Assembly: GCA_023231475.1 (NCBI GenBank)
Contig: JALJEE010003212.1
Location: 1 to 38,422 of the forward strand
Reading direction: 5' to 3'
DNA from: Seison nebaliae
Lineage: Eukaryota
Length of the DNA stretch: 38,422 nt
In this document: piece by piece, positions 35,446 to 38,422 of the stretch
Layout: each line of letters opens with the position of its first letter
Position numbering within the stretch: the stretch's first letter is position 1
Notes under the pieces: model-generated
Seen by the model: only the letters and a program-made list of their open reading frames with translations
What the model was told of the DNA's origin: nothing
Database searches by the model: none
Made by a program: the position numbers and the translations under genes

Positions 35446-36679
35446 TTAACTTGGATTGACTACATTTAATGAAGATGAAATATCAGAGGCAGCAGATGTA
35501 AGGTCGGACGAACTTATTGAGGAAGATCTGTTGACCATTTCAGTATTAGAATTTGCTTCGGAAGCAGAGCTACCAGTCAACCAATTTTCAGTAGAACTGG
35601 ATTGATCCTTATTTATCACACTTGTACTAGTAATTTCTGAATCTATAGAACTCTCTGATATTGATGTTGTTGAGCTCCCCATTTCTGTTGAAGTGTCCGA
35701 GACCATTGAATCGGATGAGGACGTTATGCTTGATTCTTCGGAAATATTGATTCCAACGGAATTACTTGGTTCTGCAGAAATACCTGTTTCTGCTAAAATA
35801 GTTGATTCTGTTGAACTACTTGCTACAACAGTTGAAGTATCATCATTATTCGACATAGAAGAAGTACCAGACCCAGTTGATGATGTAACTGTTATCTTGT
35901 CTGAAGTTCCAGTTATATCGGTCATTGTATCCCTCAGAGTAGAATCAGTCGCCGAATCAGTTTGAAAAACTAGAATATTTACAAGAACAGTCAATAAAAT
36001 AAAATATGTTAAAAGTTCAACTTTCTATAACGTTAACACTGTTAGAAACAAGAATACGCAAAAGTGGATTTCCAGAATTGGTAATTGCAACATTTATTAA
36101 ATTTTCAAATGACAACTTATTTTTATCCCTTACTGCTTCAAATATGGAGGTTTTGACATTCACCAAGTCAATGACAAATATCATGGGAATAACAAGCGTT
36201 ACCATTCTTTTCTTACTTTTACATGTACCATTAGATGTACCATTAATATTTTGATCTAGTTCAGAACCTAATGCCGCAGACACTGTAGTTGATTGATTAT
36301 TACAATTCGGAAGGTCATCAAACTCACCATCTACCTCGAATTGTACTACACCCATCTTCCCTTCCGAGAATTCACGTGTATCATTACTAACAGCTGCAGA
36401 GGCATTACTATCATCATCATCTAATGCTAATTAAAAAGAGATTAGCTGATTTTGTTGAAATTTTGGATTGAACCTGCTGCGACTATAACGGAGATTCCTA
36501 CTATAATTCCCAAAATTATCAAGAATGCAATTACTGCCATGATCATTGGATTGAGGGCCGTTCGCTTTTTGGATTGAGTGCGTGCATCTTTCCCAGAACT
36601 AACAAAGAATTTATAGACAATATACAATAATTATTAATAATTAATATATCAACTTTGTGTGCAAAAAACTCATTTTCAT
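35446..36679 (-). CDS. Putative type II single-pass membrane protein with a small Cys-containing ectodomain and Ser/Thr-rich mucin-like tail (4 exons)
   Basis: Basic N-terminus (QSKKRT), TM helix IMAVIAFLIILGIIVGISVIVAA, a ~130-aa domain with 2 Cys, then an S/T/E/D-rich tail. Introns at 36599-36653, 36427-36473 and 35970-36021 all preserve frame. Confidence 0.7.
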
Positions 36680-38422
36680 ATTTGTAAAATATTGAGAAGA
36701 AATTTATTATTGAATGATTATATTCAACAAAATCCACCATATTTATTCTAATAATTATCCCTTAATCATTTCTGTGAGCAATGTCACGAATAACATATTA
36801 AGAGAGAAAGTAATTGGTTAAAATTAAGAAATTAAAATAACGAAATCTGATTAATCGAATTAATGACTAAACGAAAACTTCTATTTATCTTTTATAACAC
36901 TTACTTAATTTGTTAGATGTATAATTAGAGTGACAATGGGAAGGACCAAAAGTTAAGAATATATCACGATATACGATATATCTTACGAACGACAATCATT
37001 GAATTATATTCAAAACGATTTTAATACGAAAACTTGAATTTAATTGCACTTTAATATTTAATTATTATTATTTAATACAGTAATAACATTGTTATTAAGT
37101 TCAATTAAATTTACTAAAGTTCAGTTAACTATTGAAAAGTATATTTCAAATGATAATTTGTCGAAATGATAGATCGATATATATAATACTGAACGACTCC
37201 TTTTTTCCCTCCTTGTCTCGCATTTCTCCCATTTCTTTGACCATCTCGCAATCACCACGTCGTTTCTCCGAACAAAACAACTTTTTGTTGTAGATTTGCT
37301 TTCCAATATCAACAAACGACTCTATTCGAAGTAATCCCCTATATGGAAGACAAACTTCTTCCTTTCAGAGACAACTCTGACTCCGATCAATCCATTCTCA
37401 AGAACTTTCGTCTATCCATCGAACTCTATTTGTGTTCTTTAGTTCCGAAAAACTCTTTCCTCTTTGTGGCTGCCAATTTTACATCCATGATCTATAGATT
37501 CTATACGTAAATGTATAATACTTGAAATCTTACCGCAATACTTTTTCCCAGATTATCTAATGAAGTTGGAATATTCAATGAAGGCATTCCTCCTAAATTT
37601 AAACAAGTTAAAATATTTTAACTTAAAATTTAATTATTTTTTAACACTTCTATGCTGTAAAAGCAATGATAAATGTTAGAAAATAATTCAAATAGATGAA
37701 AACCTTATGAATTATATAGTCGCAGTTTTGTAAATTTTTCAATTGAAACAAAATTTAATATATTCGTTAGCGACTGTCGAACATTCCAAAAATCTAAATG
37801 TGCGGTTTGTTAATTATTACTATTATAATTTATGAAATTTCTCTTACAGTTAGATAATCTCTTTTGTTAGATCAGGCTATTTATAAACACCAACATGAAA
37901 AAGTTTATTTATTAGGATTGCAAGTACAATGATAAGTGTAGATTTATAGGCATAATGGAAAAATAACAGATAATATTTCTTTTGAATAAAATGATGTTTA
38001 TAGAAGAAAATTAATAACGACAAAAATGAAAAATTTATAAAAAAATACATCATTATAATCATTTTTGATATTTTCATTATTCAGTTGTTATATAACAATG
38101 AATTTTATTGAATTAACGTTTTCTTTGCAGTAATTTATCCATTCATTTAATAATAAAATTAGGATATTTACGTCTGGAATATGGAAGACACCTAAGAGAA
38201 ATATTGTTCTTGTTAGCTAATTTTGAACACTTGAATTTTTAACATTTTCGATCTGTGACAAATTTTTTTTTCTTTTTTTTAATTATTAGACCAAATCCCC
38301 GCGGGGTAAATTATAAAGAAATAAAGATAAATCCTTAAAAGAGTTATTAAGGAACAAACTCCTCCCTGTTTCTATGTAATTTTTGAGAGAATCAGGAACA
38401 TAGGAGGAAATGTTGAAGTTTG

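Noticed and set aside
37425..37587. Possible minus-strand mini-gene with a GTAAGA-donor intron
   Set aside because: The product is only ~40 aa with no homology, and the donor is unlike all supported introns here. It was excluded from the intron tally.

Overview
AT-rich, gene-dense eukaryotic nuclear DNA from an animal (ZO-1, R7-family RGS, CFAP161, NXF1). The compact layout and tiny introns would fit a small invertebrate such as a syndermatan, but the organism cannot be confirmed from this window. Splicing by hand gives these genes: CFAP161, an SLC26/prestin-type anion transporter, an R7 RGS, ZO-1/TJP1, PGAP2, a 504-aa orphan, an 88-aa spliced orphan, NXF1, DRAP1, RPB5, eIF3k, an ankyrin-repeat protein and a type II mucin-like membrane protein. 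There are also two decayed non-LTR retrotransposon remnants and a foldback-type MITE. The strongest unusual signal is the splice code. Of 32 manually reconstructed introns (31 of 40-69 nt, one of 131 nt), 30 begin GTT and none has the usual GTRAGT donor. Only 11 have +5G and 7 end in AAG, which suggests a divergent mode of spliceosomal 5' splice-site recognition. All gene models are manual inferences without transcript data.
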